From assembly GCA_964016885.1 (NCBI GenBank), contig OZ024742.1, forward strand, positions 142,662,001 to 142,726,000: a stretch of DNA of 64,000 bases. Reading direction: 5' to 3'. The stretch is from Eledone cirrhosa. Lineage: Eukaryota. Made by a program: the position numbers and the translations under genes. This document shows, in pieces, positions 24,362 through 37,353 of the stretch. Within the stretch, counting starts at the first letter, position 1; each line of letters starts with the position of its first letter. Below the pieces are notes generated by a model, which saw nothing but the letters and a program-made list of their open reading frames with translations, was not told the origin of the DNA and ran no database searches.

Positions 24362-25375
24362 TGGAAGGGGGGGTACTATAACGGCGGCGAAGATTCGAAA
24401 CCGAATCTGAGCTTTCCCGCCTCTGGGACAAGCCATGGTTAGTTGTTTACACCCGGCAGACCAACCCCTTGGGAGATGCTAAACACAAGTCAGAGGTTGT
24501 TTACGCCTGGCAGAAAATAGGTCAGAGGATATATCCATCTTTCTGAGTTGTTTATGCCTGGCAAACCAACCCCTTGGGAGATACTAACCAAAGGTCAGAG
24601 GATATATCTATCCTTATAAATACAAGTGTTGTTTACACCAGGGCAGAAAAGAAGTGATATACAGACAAGACAAGTCGCATTTACAAGCTCTTGTCACGAA
24701 GAACCAGTCTGCATACTAATTTCTCACTCACCATTCCCGCCGGGCTACTGCTAAAACAAGAAAGTATATAACACGACGATTCATCTACGGCAGAAATGGC
24801 AGTCCGGGCGGCATTTACATTAAGGATACCACCATTCTGGGTGCACAATCCAACTCTGTGGTTTGCGCACATCGAAGCACAGTTCGCTCGCATCGAACCG
24901 GATCGTTAGCGAGGCATCTCGTCTAACACGTTATTGGTTCAATGTCTCCGGAGATTATGAATGAGGTTCGAGACCTCATTTTAGCACCACCCGGCTCTGT
25001 GTCATATGACACATTTAAAACAACATTAATTAAGATCACGTCGGGGTCGCCATTTTTAGCAGCGATGTATATAATAGTAATAGGGCCACGAGTGTCGTAA
25101 TAATGATGTCAACAGCAGAAATAAGAGATGAAATGTATGTTTATTTGTTATAGCCCAAAGTAATGTTTGTTTAGTTAAACATAAAACGGTTACAAAAGGA
25201 ATGTGGCATAGTGCCAGGCCCAAGGAAGGCCGACAGGCCAAAGTGCAAATCTCACCGGTACATATTGTTTGTGTTGGTCCTTCGGCGTTCAAGCAAAGAG
25301 AGAGATTTCTCAAATCGGCGTGGAAATTTTCCCTGCAGGGCGCGTAGAAATACATTCTCCTCCGCTGGTGGTCAT
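24362..25375 (+). mobile_element. Gypsy LTR retrotransposon remnant (PPT/LTR-like segment, gag N-terminus, inverted tRNA-Trp PBS)
   Basis: GGAAGGGGGGG purine tract. From 24796 it reads MAVRAAFTLRIPPFWVHNPTLWFAHIEAQF, then MSPEIMNEVRDLILAPP..YDTFKTTLI (Gypsy gag-like). TGGCGACCCCGACGTGAT lies on the minus strand at 25035-25052. Confidence 0.7.
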
Positions 25376-25706
25376 ATATAATATAATATATATAATATAA
25401 TATATATAATATATATATATTATATATATATAATATATATATATTATATATATAATATATATATATTATATATATAATATATATATATTATATATATAAT
25501 ATATATATATTATATATATATATAATATATATATAATATAATATATATAATATAATATATATAATATAATATATATAATATAATATATATAATATATATA
25601 ATATATATATATTATATATATATAATATATATATATTATATATATATATTATATAATATATATATATTATATATATAATATATATATATTATATATATAT
25701 ATAAAT

Positions 25707-25741
<35 letters not shown>

Positions 25742-25782
25742 ATATATATAATATATATATATATAATATATATATAATATAA

Positions 25783-25860
<78 letters not shown>

Positions 25861-25863
<3 letters not shown>

Positions 25864-26229
25864 AGGCACATGGCTTAGTGGTTAGAGCATTGGCCTTGCA
25901 ATTGAAAGGTTGTGAGTTCAATTCTCAGACCGGGTAATGTGTTGTTTCCTTGAGCAAGACACTTTATTTCACATTGCTCCAGTTTACTCAGCTGTAGAGT
26001 CCCTATCATTCCACTGCAAAGTGGTCGTGGAGGTGACACAGCAAAAAAAGCACCCAGCCCACACTGTAAAGTGGTCGTGGAGGTGCCATGGCAAAAAAGC
26101 ACCCAGCACTCACTGTAAATGAGGTTGGTGTTAGGAAGGGCATCCAGCTGTAGAAATCAACCCAGAATCAGTTCCCGTCCCACTTACAAGCAGGGAAAAA
26201 AAGCGGACGTAAAATGAAATAATGATGAT
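25861..26229 (+). mobile_element. tRNA-derived SINE with RTE tail and an internal duplication of one UTR module
   Basis: GGAGGCACATGGCTTAGTGGTTAGAGC...GAGTTCAATTC; GTGGTCGTGGAGGTG..CAAAAAAGCACCCAGC occurs twice. Confidence 0.88.
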
Positions 26230-26607
26230 ATATATAATATATATATATATATATATAATATATAGAGTTATGTAATAAACAACATAAGGCAATTATTTTA
26301 AGGCTAAGGGGTCATCTCTCCCGGTGATTTTGGATGGCCATTGACTCTTTGACAGGTTTTGTTTTTAGTCCTTCAGGATGTCCAAAATCACCCACCTCAC
26401 CAAGAAACCTTGGTGGGGTCGCCAGTTTAGTCGCCAACGACCCGACCATGAGACAGGTTGTACTGGGATACATATTACCAGTAGCACCAACTGGTGACCT
26501 GACAAAAGGCTACATACATACATACCTACATACATACATAATACACACGACACTCAACTTTATAATATTATAGATATATATAATATAGATATATATTATA
26601 TATATAT

Positions 26608-26639
<32 letters not shown>

Positions 26640-26731
26640 TATATATATATTATATATATATTATATATATATTATATATATATTATATATATTATATATA
26701 TATTATATATATATTATATATATATTATATA

Positions 26732-26777
<46 letters not shown>

Positions 26778-26998
26778 ATATATATATTATATATATATAT
26801 TATATATATATTATATATATATTATATATTATATTATAATATATATATTATATATTATATTATAATATATATATTATATATATATTATATTATATATATA
26901 TTATATATATATTATATATATATATATTATATATATATATATATATTATATATATATATATATATTATATATATATATTATATATATATATATATTAG

Positions 26999-27120
26999 TG
27001 AAGGCGTGTGGCTGAGTGGTTAGAGAATTGGATTCACAATCTTGAGGTTGTGAGTTCGATTCCTGGACCGGGCGATGCGTTATGTCCTTGAGCAAGGCAC
27101 TTTATTTCACATTGCTCCTT
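26999..27120 (+). mobile_element. tRNA-derived SINE head (related subfamily)
   Basis: TGGCTGAGTGG A box, GTTCGATTCC B box, CCTTGAGCAAGGCACTTTATTTCAC core. Confidence 0.8.
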
Positions 27121-27577
27121 CTACCTGGAGTTGCGACCGATAGATAGTATTAGCAACTGGAAAGACCAGCGGAAACATTGTTTCCTCGGTCCGATTTGAC
27201 GAAAGTCGATCGCTAAGATGATATATATATTATATTTAACTTTAATTATATCTCATAAAATAATACAACTGGCTTTTCCACATAATACATATTGTTAGCA
27301 CCCCAATTAGGTTTATATTAAAATATAACCTAATGTTTGTTGAGTGAGATGGTTACCAGTCAGAGATTAGCTTTAAACTATCTCTGTTATTGTATTATAT
27401 ATATATATATATATATATATAAATATTATATATATATATATAATATAAATATATTATATTTATTAAAATAACAGATTTGGATTTTAGTCTTCAAATTTAT
27501 TATTATTACTATATATATTATATATATATATATAAAATATAAATATTATATATATATATATATATTATATATATTAT

Positions 27578-29742
27578 ACTGGGTCGTTCACGCACATTGA
27601 GATTGCACATCCAACGGAGCATGCTTGCCTCATTTCTCTCCAGCCGTCGCATATCCTCTGCAGTTGCTGCACATGCTTCACTACCATGCAGCATCGCGTT
27701 CCTCACACAGGCATCATATAAACTGCCTCTCGTACGTCGGGAGAAACCCTTCTTCGTCAGCAGAGGAAGCAGCTCCCTAAACTTCTTCCAACCCGTCCTT
27801 ATTCTAGATACTATGGCCTCGGAACACCCCCCCACCCCCCACCCTCCCATGCTAATCTGATCTCCTAGGTACCGGAAGCTATCCACCACTTCTATAGCAC
27901 CCACTTTCATTTGAAAATTATGTCTATCAATGCGACTTCTACTGTATAATTTCCCTGTACATCTACTGCATACGTATTTCTCCCTACCTGTTAGTTTGCC
28001 TGCTATCCCACTACATCTCTTGTGTACCCAGGATCTGCATTGTGTGCATTTTATAGAAATTATGCCAGTTCCTTTTCTGCATATTGAACATGCCCATTTC
28101 TCTGACGGAATCAGAGTTTTGACCTCTTTTCTACTCATCCAACACTTTTGTCTTAGCTAGGTTCACTCTCAATCCTCTTGCTTCCAACTGCTGTTTCCAT
28201 AGCCAGAATTTATTCTCTATCTCCTCTACTGATTCTGCTATAAGAACCAGATCATCAGCATAGAGTAGTTCCCATGGAGAGCCAGTCTTAAACTCCTCTG
28301 TTATGGCTTGGAGGACTATAATGAACAAGAGCAGGCTGAGGACCGAACCTTGATGTACTCCTACTTGTACCTGGAATTCCTCACTAAACTCCATTCCTAC
28401 ACTCTGACTTTACTGACAGCACCTCTGTACAAAGTTTGCACTGTCCTCACAAGCCATTCCTCAAGACCTAGTTTCCTTAGGGACCACCAGATGACAGATC
28501 GGGGTACCCTATCAAAGGCCTTCTCTAGGTCAACAAAGGCTAAGTATAGCGGCTTATTCTTCTCTAAGAAACTATCTTGTAATTGTCTCACCAAGAAGAG
28601 GGCATATGTTGTACTTTTCCCAGGCACAAAACCAAACTGCATCTCATCTAGCTTGACCCTTTCTCTAATTAGTTGTGATAATATCCTTTCTGCCACTTTC
28701 ATAACCTGATCCATCAGTTTTATACCCCTATAACTGTTCCTCTCCAAAGCATCACCTTTACCTTTGTAGCAATTTATGAGAATACTGCTGCACCAGTCTT
28801 TGGGTATGACACCACCATATATAGCCTGATTGATGATGCATGCAACCAGTTTAGTGCCTACGACCCTTGATGCCTTCAGCATCTCAGCAACTATCCCTGA
28901 TGGTCCAGCAACCTTACCATTTTTCATTTCCTTATCGCCTCTTGGATCCTATATTCGTCAATCTCAATAGCTGGTCCCTCTGTCGGATCTACTGAGGGTA
29001 ATTTCTCTCTCTCCCATTCGTTCTCCACATTCATCAGTCTCTCATAATGACATTTCCAGGCCTCCTTTTTCTGATCATTCATGACACTAAGTACACTGGC
29101 ATCATTCCGGACACATTTATCTCCAATAACATCCTGATTTGCATTGACACACTACCTTTCAATGTGGAACACCGCACACCTCTGATCTTCCTGTCGCAGA
29201 ACATTGGCAAACCTCCTACTCTCAGTCTCCCTGCGTGCCAAGTACACCTGACTTTTAGCTTCTCTCTTAGCAACTGTATATCCTTCTCTACTCCCACCCT
29301 TTTTCCAAGCCTTCCATGCTAGTCTTTTGTCTCTAATGGCCTTATCTACTCTGCTGTTCCACCACCAGGTCACTCTCTGTCTGGTTGGAGCTCTGCAAGT
29401 TTCATCAGTAGCCTGCTGTAAGTTGTCACATAAGAAATTCCAGTTATTATCTATGTCATACGTCTCTAAATTGTCTTCTTTTTCATCATGCACATCTTGA
29501 AGGGCTTTCCTAAATTTGTATTTTAGTGAAAGGTCTTTTAGCTTCCAGACCTTTCTTCTCCACACCTTCCTGTATGTCTCATTCCATCTCTTGCTTACTG
29601 AGATATCACTAATGACTAAACTATGCTGTGGGGTACATTCTTCCCCAGGGTATGCCTTGGTATTTGACACCATCTGCCTGTCCTGCTGCCTAATTAGTGA
29701 GAAGTCAATCTAGCTTATGTGCTCGCCTGATTTGTAGGTTAT
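27578..29742 (-). mobile_element. RTE family C internal fragment (end of APE through RT/PHD), frameshifted
   Basis: ORFs 29152-29673, 28397-28927, 28131-28394 (YADD) and 27518-28138 (CSIC..CTQC..WVHKRC..CSRC). Confidence 0.9.
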
Positions 29743-29744
29743 TA

Positions 29745-30390
29745 AAGATCTCAGTCCAGTGACATTGTCTTAGAGAGGTGTAAGTGTGTAAGGTCGGAAT
29801 TTATCAAATCGTCCCAGGTTTTTCTGAGTCTGCCTACTCCGTAACTTCCGTCAATTTTGATCGCCCTGCACTTTTTCATACAGCTGTCGTCTTCCATGCG
29901 CAACACGTGACCATACCAACGTAGTCTTCTCTCGAGTAAACAGCATCTGATACTTCTTATACCTAATTTCTCACTTAGTTCATTTATGCTTTGCTGTTTG
30001 TGTACTCATATTTGATGAGTACATAATTTTGAATTCCTACCTTCTCCTTTTCTGCATATCAAAAACAGCCATTTCCCTGATAGCATCAGGGTCATATCTA
30101 CTTACCTACTAGCTAGAATCTGTGAGTCCTTTTGATTCTAGGTTTTGCTTCTAGAACTAGAATTTCTTATCTCAATCATACACAGATTCAGTTGTAATGG
30201 CTAGGACATCAGCATACACAAGTTTTCATGGACAGCCAGTCTTAGACTATTCTATAATATCCTGGATATTTATAATAAACACGAGTGGACTGAGGATTGA
30301 GCACTGATGCACAGCTACTTACATACTGAATACATGGCCAACTTACATTGTATTGGCAACATCACTGTACATACCTTGCACTGCTCTCAT
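29745..30390 (-). mobile_element. RTE family B C-terminal piece (29745-30000) joined to an older RTE RT fragment
   Basis: Matches 21640-21885 in reverse; 30190-30310 encodes a degenerate QxSxLSPL / CPWKLVYADVL. Confidence 0.7.
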
Positions 30391-32061
30391 GAGTGAAAAT
30401 AGAAGGGATGTGATAACTATGCAGAACATTAAAAAAATTTATTTTCCAAATTCTTTTATATTTAATAAAAGAATGAGCCTATGACTCAAATAATTTTGAA
30501 AATAATCAAGAATTTAGAAAGTTTGCTATATTGACTTTCTCAATATTACATTTGTATTTAGAACATAAAAGTTATGATGGGAAGGTTTTAGGTAAATATA
30601 AGTACCTTAAAATAAACAGCTTTTTTAAATCATAAACCAAGAGCTGTTTAAGGTGATTTGCTATCAAAATTTTTTCACCTAAACAGTCACAAGAAACTAA
30701 TTATTATACTTATAACAATAATTATTTTCCCTTGAGTCTCTTCACTAATTGTGTACTAGGTCAATCAATTCAAAAGAAATTACCACCACAACCACCCTGT
30801 TACATGTCCATCTTCTCTTTCTCTCTCTCCCTTTCTCCCTCCCTCTCTTTCTCTTTCTGACTTTCACTCTATCTCTCACCTCTTCCTCCCTTTCCCTCTG
30901 TTTCATTGCCCCTCCCCCTCCTCCCTGTTTCTCTATTGGTAATACCACCTAGTCTTTCCTAATGCTATCTCTTGTTTAGAAAATAAGAAAAATTAAACAG
31001 ATAAAAAGAAGAGGAGTGATGGGGGGGGGGGGGGTACAATAAAAATATAAATATGAAAAGCTTAAATTATATTTCAGATGTTAATGCTGACAGATATCAT
31101 AAAAAGAAACATATTGAATATTAAACAAATCCATAAATGCACTAAAATTAAGGGTGCATTTTATCATGACACCAGTACTAGAGAGATAGTTGTGTCCTCT
31201 ATAGATGTCTCTGTTCAATTGCTACCAATTTACAGAGTGTACTGGGTGCATTTTATCATGATATTGGCAGTAGTGAGGCCATTATGTACATAGCAATACT
31301 TAGGGGTCCTTTCAGCCCTACATTGTGTCTGTTCAATTGATACCACTTTACAGGGTATACTGAGTGCATTATATCATGACACTGACAATACTAACAGGTC
31401 CTCTCAGACCAAATTATCAATGTTTGAACATATATAATGCACATTTCTTATAGGCCATCCTGCATATATAGCGATGATTTGGATGGTCATGCTGGTTAGT
31501 TGATTGAGTTGTGGTGTTGATTTGTTTGTTGAGTGTGTGCTCACTTGTAGCTTGCTGTGTCGTGTGGTCACTGTTATGTGATGTAGTGTGACCAGGGGTT
31601 GCATGTGTTCAGGTAAGTGAGTAAGTGTTCAATAAGATGATGATAATATGATAGTTCCTTGATCATGCAGAAAATGGATATATATATAAATGAACCACGA
31701 TGACACCAAACCACTATATTATTAATTTATTGAAAATAGTTCACACTGGAGCTATATGAAAAATACACTGGAATCATGTACATTATTTGTTTATAAAGTA
31801 GAATTAAATTGTATTTACCAAGAAAACTTCATGAACTTCACTGGCTGGGTTGAGAGAGAGACCAAGAGATAGAGATTGAGTGAAAGGGAGGGAGTAAGAG
31901 AAAGTAAGAGTCTGTAAGACCCCAAGAAGTCTGTAGAAAGCAAATGTTTTACATGTTTACTCTATCAAGAACTGCTTTGAACTGCATATATATAGATATA
32001 GATATATATATATATATATTTATATATATATTTATATATAAAAATGTATATATATATATAA

Positions 32062-32418
32062 AAATATTCAATATATTAATAAATGGAAACTATATTTATA
32101 AAACCATAATTATTTTATTATATATATTTCAAGGGCAACCAAGACAATCTTGGTGCGCTTTCATCAGATAAAATACAAAATTTGTTTTATAAATAGTGAC
32201 ATAACCATGGAAAACAACCTTGACGGTTGAAAATTCGCTGGATAAATTTTCAACCATCAAGGTTGTTTTCCATGGTTATGTCACTATTTATAAAACAAAT
32301 TTTGTATTTTATCTGATGAAAGCGCACCAAGATTGGCTTGGTTGCCCTTGAAATATATATAATAAAATAATTATGGTTTTATAAATATAGTTTCCATTTA
32401 TTAATATATTGAATATTT
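32062..32418. repeat. Fold-back palindrome (174-bp arms, 9-nt loop) with a hammerhead fold in each arm
   Basis: Arms 32062-32235 and 32245-32418 are near-perfect reverse complements. Confidence 0.95.
32305..32369 (+). ncRNA. Minimal type I hammerhead ribozyme fold (mirror copy on minus strand at 32111-32175)
   Basis: TATTTTAT-CTGATGA-AAGCGCACCAAG..CTTGGTTGCCCTT-GAAA-TATATA-TA/ATAAAATA. Stem I is 8 bp, helix III is palindromic, and the triplet is AUA. Confidence 0.72.
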
Positions 32419-32677
32419 ACTCCGGTAATCTGTTGAGTGCTCTATATCAGTTATAAACTTTTAAGTTTGTTGAATCCCAACAAATTAAATATAACTTCTA
32501 CATATATAAAAATATATATATAGAGAGAGAGAAATATATAAATATATATATATATTTATAAGTATGTAAATTTCGTTACATTTTTTCCGTTTATTTATAT
32601 ATATATATATATAAATATATAAAAATATATATATATAATATATAAATATAGAGAGAGATATAGTTATAAATATATAT

Positions 32678-32950
32678 CATCATCATCATCATCATTTCAC
32701 GTCCGCTTTTCCCTGCTTGCAAGCGTTGGACGGGTCCCATTCAGCACAGCATCTCTCCACTTGTCACGGTCCTTCGTCATCTCCTCGGTGAGCTTCAGCG
32801 ATCTGAGGTCTGCTCTCACCACCTCCACCCATGTTTTACGTGGTCTACCTCTAATGCGTCTTCCTTCTACTGGGATTTCTTGGCACTTCTTTACCCAGCG
32901 GTCATCCTCCATGCGCATCACATGTCCATACCATCTCAGCCTTCTCTCCT
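32678..32950 (-). mobile_element. RTE family C 3' fragment
   Basis: MMRMEDDRWVKKCQE..GRPRKTW..LASREKRT plus (ATC)n. Confidence 0.9.
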
Positions 32951-33230
32951 GAATGGCCTGGCGTTGCTCGGGATTTGCTCTAGGGTTCTTATATATTTGA
33001 TATATATTTATCCTTATTGAACCTCGTGAAATAAATATCTTTGTTTATATTTTGTTATTGTGTATGCAATTGTGTACACGAATATATAATTATATATATA
33101 TATATATATATTAAAATAACAGATTAAAGTTCAAGCAAAGAATCGATGCTTTCACCCTTAACGGGATCTTCTGAAACTAAAAAATCAATCTGTGAACGCA
33201 GAAGTAAATATTTCTAAAAACGTTACACAC

Positions 33231-33265
<35 letters not shown>

Positions 33266-33576
33266 TATATATACATATATACACACACACGTCGTAATGC
33301 AGACAGCCAGACATGCAGACAGATATTATAAGGGCGCAACGTTATATCTATGTATCTATCTAAAAAGAAAGACTAAGAATTATAGAGAGAGATCGCTAAA
33401 TCGCTTAATGCAGTCCCTAGGGCATTGAACATTTGAAATAGTTTTTGCTCAAAACACTCACAGGACCATAAGTATTGCATGTGTAAAGTTTGAAAACAAT
33501 CGGTTGGGTGGTTCTCGAGTCTTAGGGAGTCAGACAGACATTCTCTGTTTTAGATATATAAATATATATATATATA

Positions 33577-34209
33577 CTAGTAGTGGTACCCGGCGTTGCA
33601 CGGGATAAGGTATTTTGGAACGTGGGCCGCCAACAGACCTAATCGTAGAAAAACTGCATGCCTGGACAATATGTAAAGAAAATAAACCGAATACTCTGAT
33701 GGCTGGATAATCTTTAAGATTTTACTCGATGAAGCAGGAAAAATGCAGGTTTTCACCTAATTCGGGCCCTAGGGGATCAAGAAAATGAATTTTTTATGTG
33801 CATAATATGACTTGAAATTTTGGGAAAATCGACTAGACGTAACGCCTCAAAAAAGCCCTAAAAAGCTGAAAAAATGAAGTTTTTCACCTAATGCAGGCCC
33901 TAGGCCATAAAAAAGTTGGATTTTCTTTGCTCGCGGTATGAAGAAGAGACTGACTAATACATAGTTACAATTTCAAAGAAATTGGTCTGACATAACGCCT
34001 CAAAAAAACCCTAAAGAGCTGAAAAAAACGCAGTTTTTCACCTAATGTAGGCCCTAGGGGATCAAAAGGTTGTATTTTTTATGAGCATAACACTCCCTGA
34101 AACATAGGTAATACACATGCAAAGTTTGAAAAAGGTCGGTTGGGTACTTCTCGAGTTTTAAGGATTCAAACTCACAGACACACACACACACACAGACAGA
34201 CATCCTCAG

Positions 34210-34215
<6 letters not shown>
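33577..34215 (-). mobile_element. Non-autonomous Helitron-like element
   Basis: 3' CTAG with subterminal hairpin CCCGGCGTTGCACGGG; three internal repeats containing TTTTCACCTAAT..GGCCCTAGG; (CA)n/CAGA near the 5' end. A second 5'-end piece lies at ~33430-33560. Confidence 0.65.
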
Positions 34216-34283
<68 letters not shown>

Positions 34284-34309
34284 ATATACATAGAGACAGA
34301 GAGAGTTAT

Positions 34310-34668
34310 ACCCCAATCCACTACCCCTACCCTATCCTCCCACTAACACCACCCTCTCTCTATAAAGTTGGTACCACAACATCCAGTCCAAATAAATGAG
34401 ATAATGAGATCGAGATCGTGTAGGTGTCACGAGAAAAAACACACAGTCCACGCTGTAATGTGGCCGTGTAGGTAATACGGTAAAAAGTTCCCAGTTCCAC
34501 ACTGTAAATGTGGTTGGTGTTAGGAAGGGCATCCAGCCGTAGAAAACCTGCCAGATAGTCCTATATGAGCGAGACATGGTCACCCGACCAACCTTGCCTC
34601 AAGTGGGACAACTCCCGTCTAACCCATGCTAGCGTGGAAAATGGACGTTAAACGAAGATGATGATGAT
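34310..34668 (+). mobile_element. RTE family B 3' UTR fragment
   Basis: Matches 21975-22308. Confidence 0.88.
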
Positions 34669-34692
34669 ATATATATATATAGAGAGAGAGAG

Positions 34693-34767
<75 letters not shown>

Positions 34768-34826
34768 GTAATTCCGTCGGAAAGGTCCAGGAAAAAAGAG
34801 TGCTCTATGTAGGTCACAGAGCTTAT

Positions 34827-35024
34827 TAGTTATGTAATAAACAACATAAGATAATTATTTCATTTACCAGTGGTTTCTTGAAAGCAAGCAAAATTTTCTT
34901 TCAGTCATCAGAATGAAAAAAAACCAGGATTTTTTCATTCTGATGACTGAAAGCAAATTTTGCTTGCTTTCAAGAAACCACTGGTAAATGAAATAATTAT
35001 CTTATGTTGTTTATTACATAACTA
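34827..35024. repeat. Fold-back palindrome (~94-bp arms) with a hammerhead fold in each arm
   Basis: TAGTTATGTAATAAAC...GAATGAAAAA / TTTTTCATTC...GTTTATTACATAACTA. Confidence 0.95.
34933..34993 (+). ncRNA. Minimal type I hammerhead ribozyme fold (mirror copy on minus strand at 34858-34918)
   Basis: TTTCATT-CTGATGA-c-TGAAAGCAA-attttgc-TTGCTTTCA-a-GAAA-CCACTGG-TA/AATGAAA. Perfect 7-bp stem I, 9-bp stem II, GUA site after 34986. Confidence 0.8.
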
Positions 35025-35043
35025 TATATACATATATATATAC

Positions 35044-35111
<68 letters not shown>

Positions 35112-35561
35112 ATCTTAATATATTATATATATTGATGGTGATATATGCATGTATTTTAATATATATTTTAATACATGTTTAATAATTATTTAAATTTGCT
35201 TTAAAGATAAAAAAAATTTTTAAGTTGTAACAAAATACTTATAATCTATAATGAGTTAAATTAGATTATATAAATTTTTAATTAAACTAATTATGTGACG
35301 GCTATAAAAAGTAATGTATATTGATTAATTTTGATATAATATATAAGTATAATAAGCTTAACCATAATCAAATACAAGAGATATTCAAAGGTTTATGGTA
35401 ATTGATTGATTGCCTCAATTGACCTAATATTTGAAAACAACGGTTTTTTCTGTCTATCCCCCCTATATTTTATGTTCCCTCTCTTTTGTCGTTATTTCTC
35501 CTTTCTTCTTCCTCTATTCATCCATCCATTTATTTATTTTTATTCATTTAAATATTTATGT

Positions 35562-35900
35562 ATCATCATCATCATCATCACCGTTTTACGTCCGTTCTTC
35601 CATGCTAGCATGGGTTAGACGGGTTGTCCTGTTGTGGGAAGTGTCTGGTCGGCTGACCATGCCTTGCTCATACAGGAACTGATTTTGGCTTGACTTCTAC
35701 AGCTGGATGCCCTTCCTAACACCAACCTCATTTACAGTGTGGGCTGGGTGCTTTTTTGCCGTGGCACCTCCACGACCACCTTGCAGTGGGAGGGTGTGGA
35801 GGCATATTGTCTATATCCTTCAGCTTGTACCGATGGGAGGTCATGGTCGTGTGTCGCCAGAGGTCACGGTCGTGTGTCGCCAGAGGTCACAGTCGTGTGT
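35562..35900 (-). mobile_element. RTE family A 3' UTR fragment with a short tandem duplication at its 5' junction
   Basis: Matches 6400-6774; GAGGTCA(C/T)(G/A)GTCGTGTGT repeated three times. Confidence 0.88.
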
Positions 35901-35994
35901 ATGTATTTATTTATTTTTTTCTTGCCTTCCTCCTCTGTACACCCTCTCTTATATCTCTTATTCACTCCACGTCCTTTTCTTCTTTATCATATTA

Positions 35995-37182
35995 CTAGCA
36001 TTAAAGCCCGGCGTTGCTCGGGGTCAGTAAATTACCAAAGTTAGGTTGCACCACCCATTTTATGGCAGCACTTTTTTGTCTGCCAGGCACTGGGTGAATG
36101 AATTGCAGACCTGGACTGCCGAAGCAGGAGCTGCGCCAGCAGCGACAATTGTAGTTTCGCCTATGGATATTATCTCTGTACAAAGAAGTGTCGAAATTTA
36201 TTGTTTCACAGTACTTGCGCAACACGCACGTAGACGATGCCAGCCGAACAACAGAGTTGCGATGGAGTTGTTCTGCATGGTTGTCTAATGTGTATTTTCT
36301 AAATTTAAGACAGTAGGGAGGGGTGTGATATGGGGGCGAGTTAGCTGCTGTTTCTAGCAGGTTTAGTGACCTCATAGAGGATATGTGTTTTCTAAATTTA
36401 AGACAGTAGGGAGTGGTGTGATATGGGGGGAGAGTTAGCTGCTGTTTCTAGCAGGTTTAGTGACCTCATAGAGGATGTTTTCTAAATTTAAGACAGTAGG
36501 GAGTGGTGTGATATGGGGGAGAGTTAGCTGCTGTTTCTAGCAGGTTTAGTGACCTCATAGAGGATGTTTTCTAAATTTAAGACAGTAGGGAGTGGTGTGA
36601 TATGGGAGAGATTTAGCTGCTGTTTCTAGCAGGTTTAGTGACCTCATAGAGGATATTATTGTGTATAGTAAATAAACTGATACTACTTTCTTCCACGTTC
36701 GTTGAGAGGTTTTAAAAAAGATTTATCGCTATTTTTTTTGTTGTTGAATAAATTTATCTGTTGTTTTTTAATAATTGTTGTTTCGTATGAAATGTAATAA
36801 GTTCTCTTTGTCATTGAAGTAAATAAATGTTTGACCGTTCCACATTCGAAAACAAACGTTCTCTCACTCTCTCTCTTCTCTCTCTCTCTCTCTTCGGCGT
36901 TCCTAAAGGAAGTTTGTACGCATGTATGTAGTTTTATCTAATTTTAAGGCGAGTAGAGAGAGTAAATCAGATTGTATTAGAGGGGTAAAGCGTCATGTAT
37001 TTAGTTGTATCGATTATTTCCGTAATTTTGGGTGAGTTTGAATGAAATAAATAGTCGTTGACCTAAGTTAGACCATTTACAACATTCTTACAGACTTTGA
37101 GTCGAATCGGTTTGAAATTGTGCAAATGTATAAACATGGAACATGCACACACACACAACAACAATCTGCCTTTTATAGATAA
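35995..37182 (-). mobile_element. Non-autonomous Helitron-like element containing a ~90-bp x4 tandem repeat
   Basis: CTAG at 35995-35998 next to hairpin CCCGGCGTTGCTCGGG; (CA)n and CTTTTATAGATA at the other end. Confidence 0.6.
36294..36654. repeat. Four tandem copies of a ~90-bp unit
   Basis: TTTTCTAAATTTAAGACAGTAGGGAG..GTTAGCTGCTGTTTCTAGCAGGTTTAGTGACCTCATAGAGGAT at ~36295, 36388, 36478 and 36567. Confidence 0.93.
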
Positions 37183-37293
37183 TGATGATTATTTGTGGTA
37201 TATAAATGTTGAGATTTTATTAAATAAATCACTGCCAATACAGGAATTGAAATATCAAGACCGTAGAGGTATGTCATATATCAAATCATATAT

Positions 37294-37353
37294 TTTATCT
37301 GACGAGGACGTACTGAAAAAACAACACAGTACCTTCGAAATATATATAATAAA
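37294..37353 (+). ncRNA. Minimal type I hammerhead ribozyme fold
   Basis: TTTAT-CTGACGA-GGAC-GTACTG..CAGTAC-CTTC-GAAA-TATATA-TA/ATAAA. Confidence 0.68.

Noticed and set aside
25861-25935. tRNA genes at SINE heads (also 22739, 26999, 38491, 50580)
   Set aside because: A and B boxes are present but there is no complete cloverleaf, and the sequence continues into the SINE body.
30780-30950. ORFs over CT/GA-rich tracts (also 55697-56052, 57955-58409)
   Set aside because: Low-complexity simple repeats.
31480-31625. Possible exon ending at CAG/GTAAGT (~31612)
   Set aside because: GT-rich low-complexity sequence with no clear acceptor or coding frame; cannot be supported.
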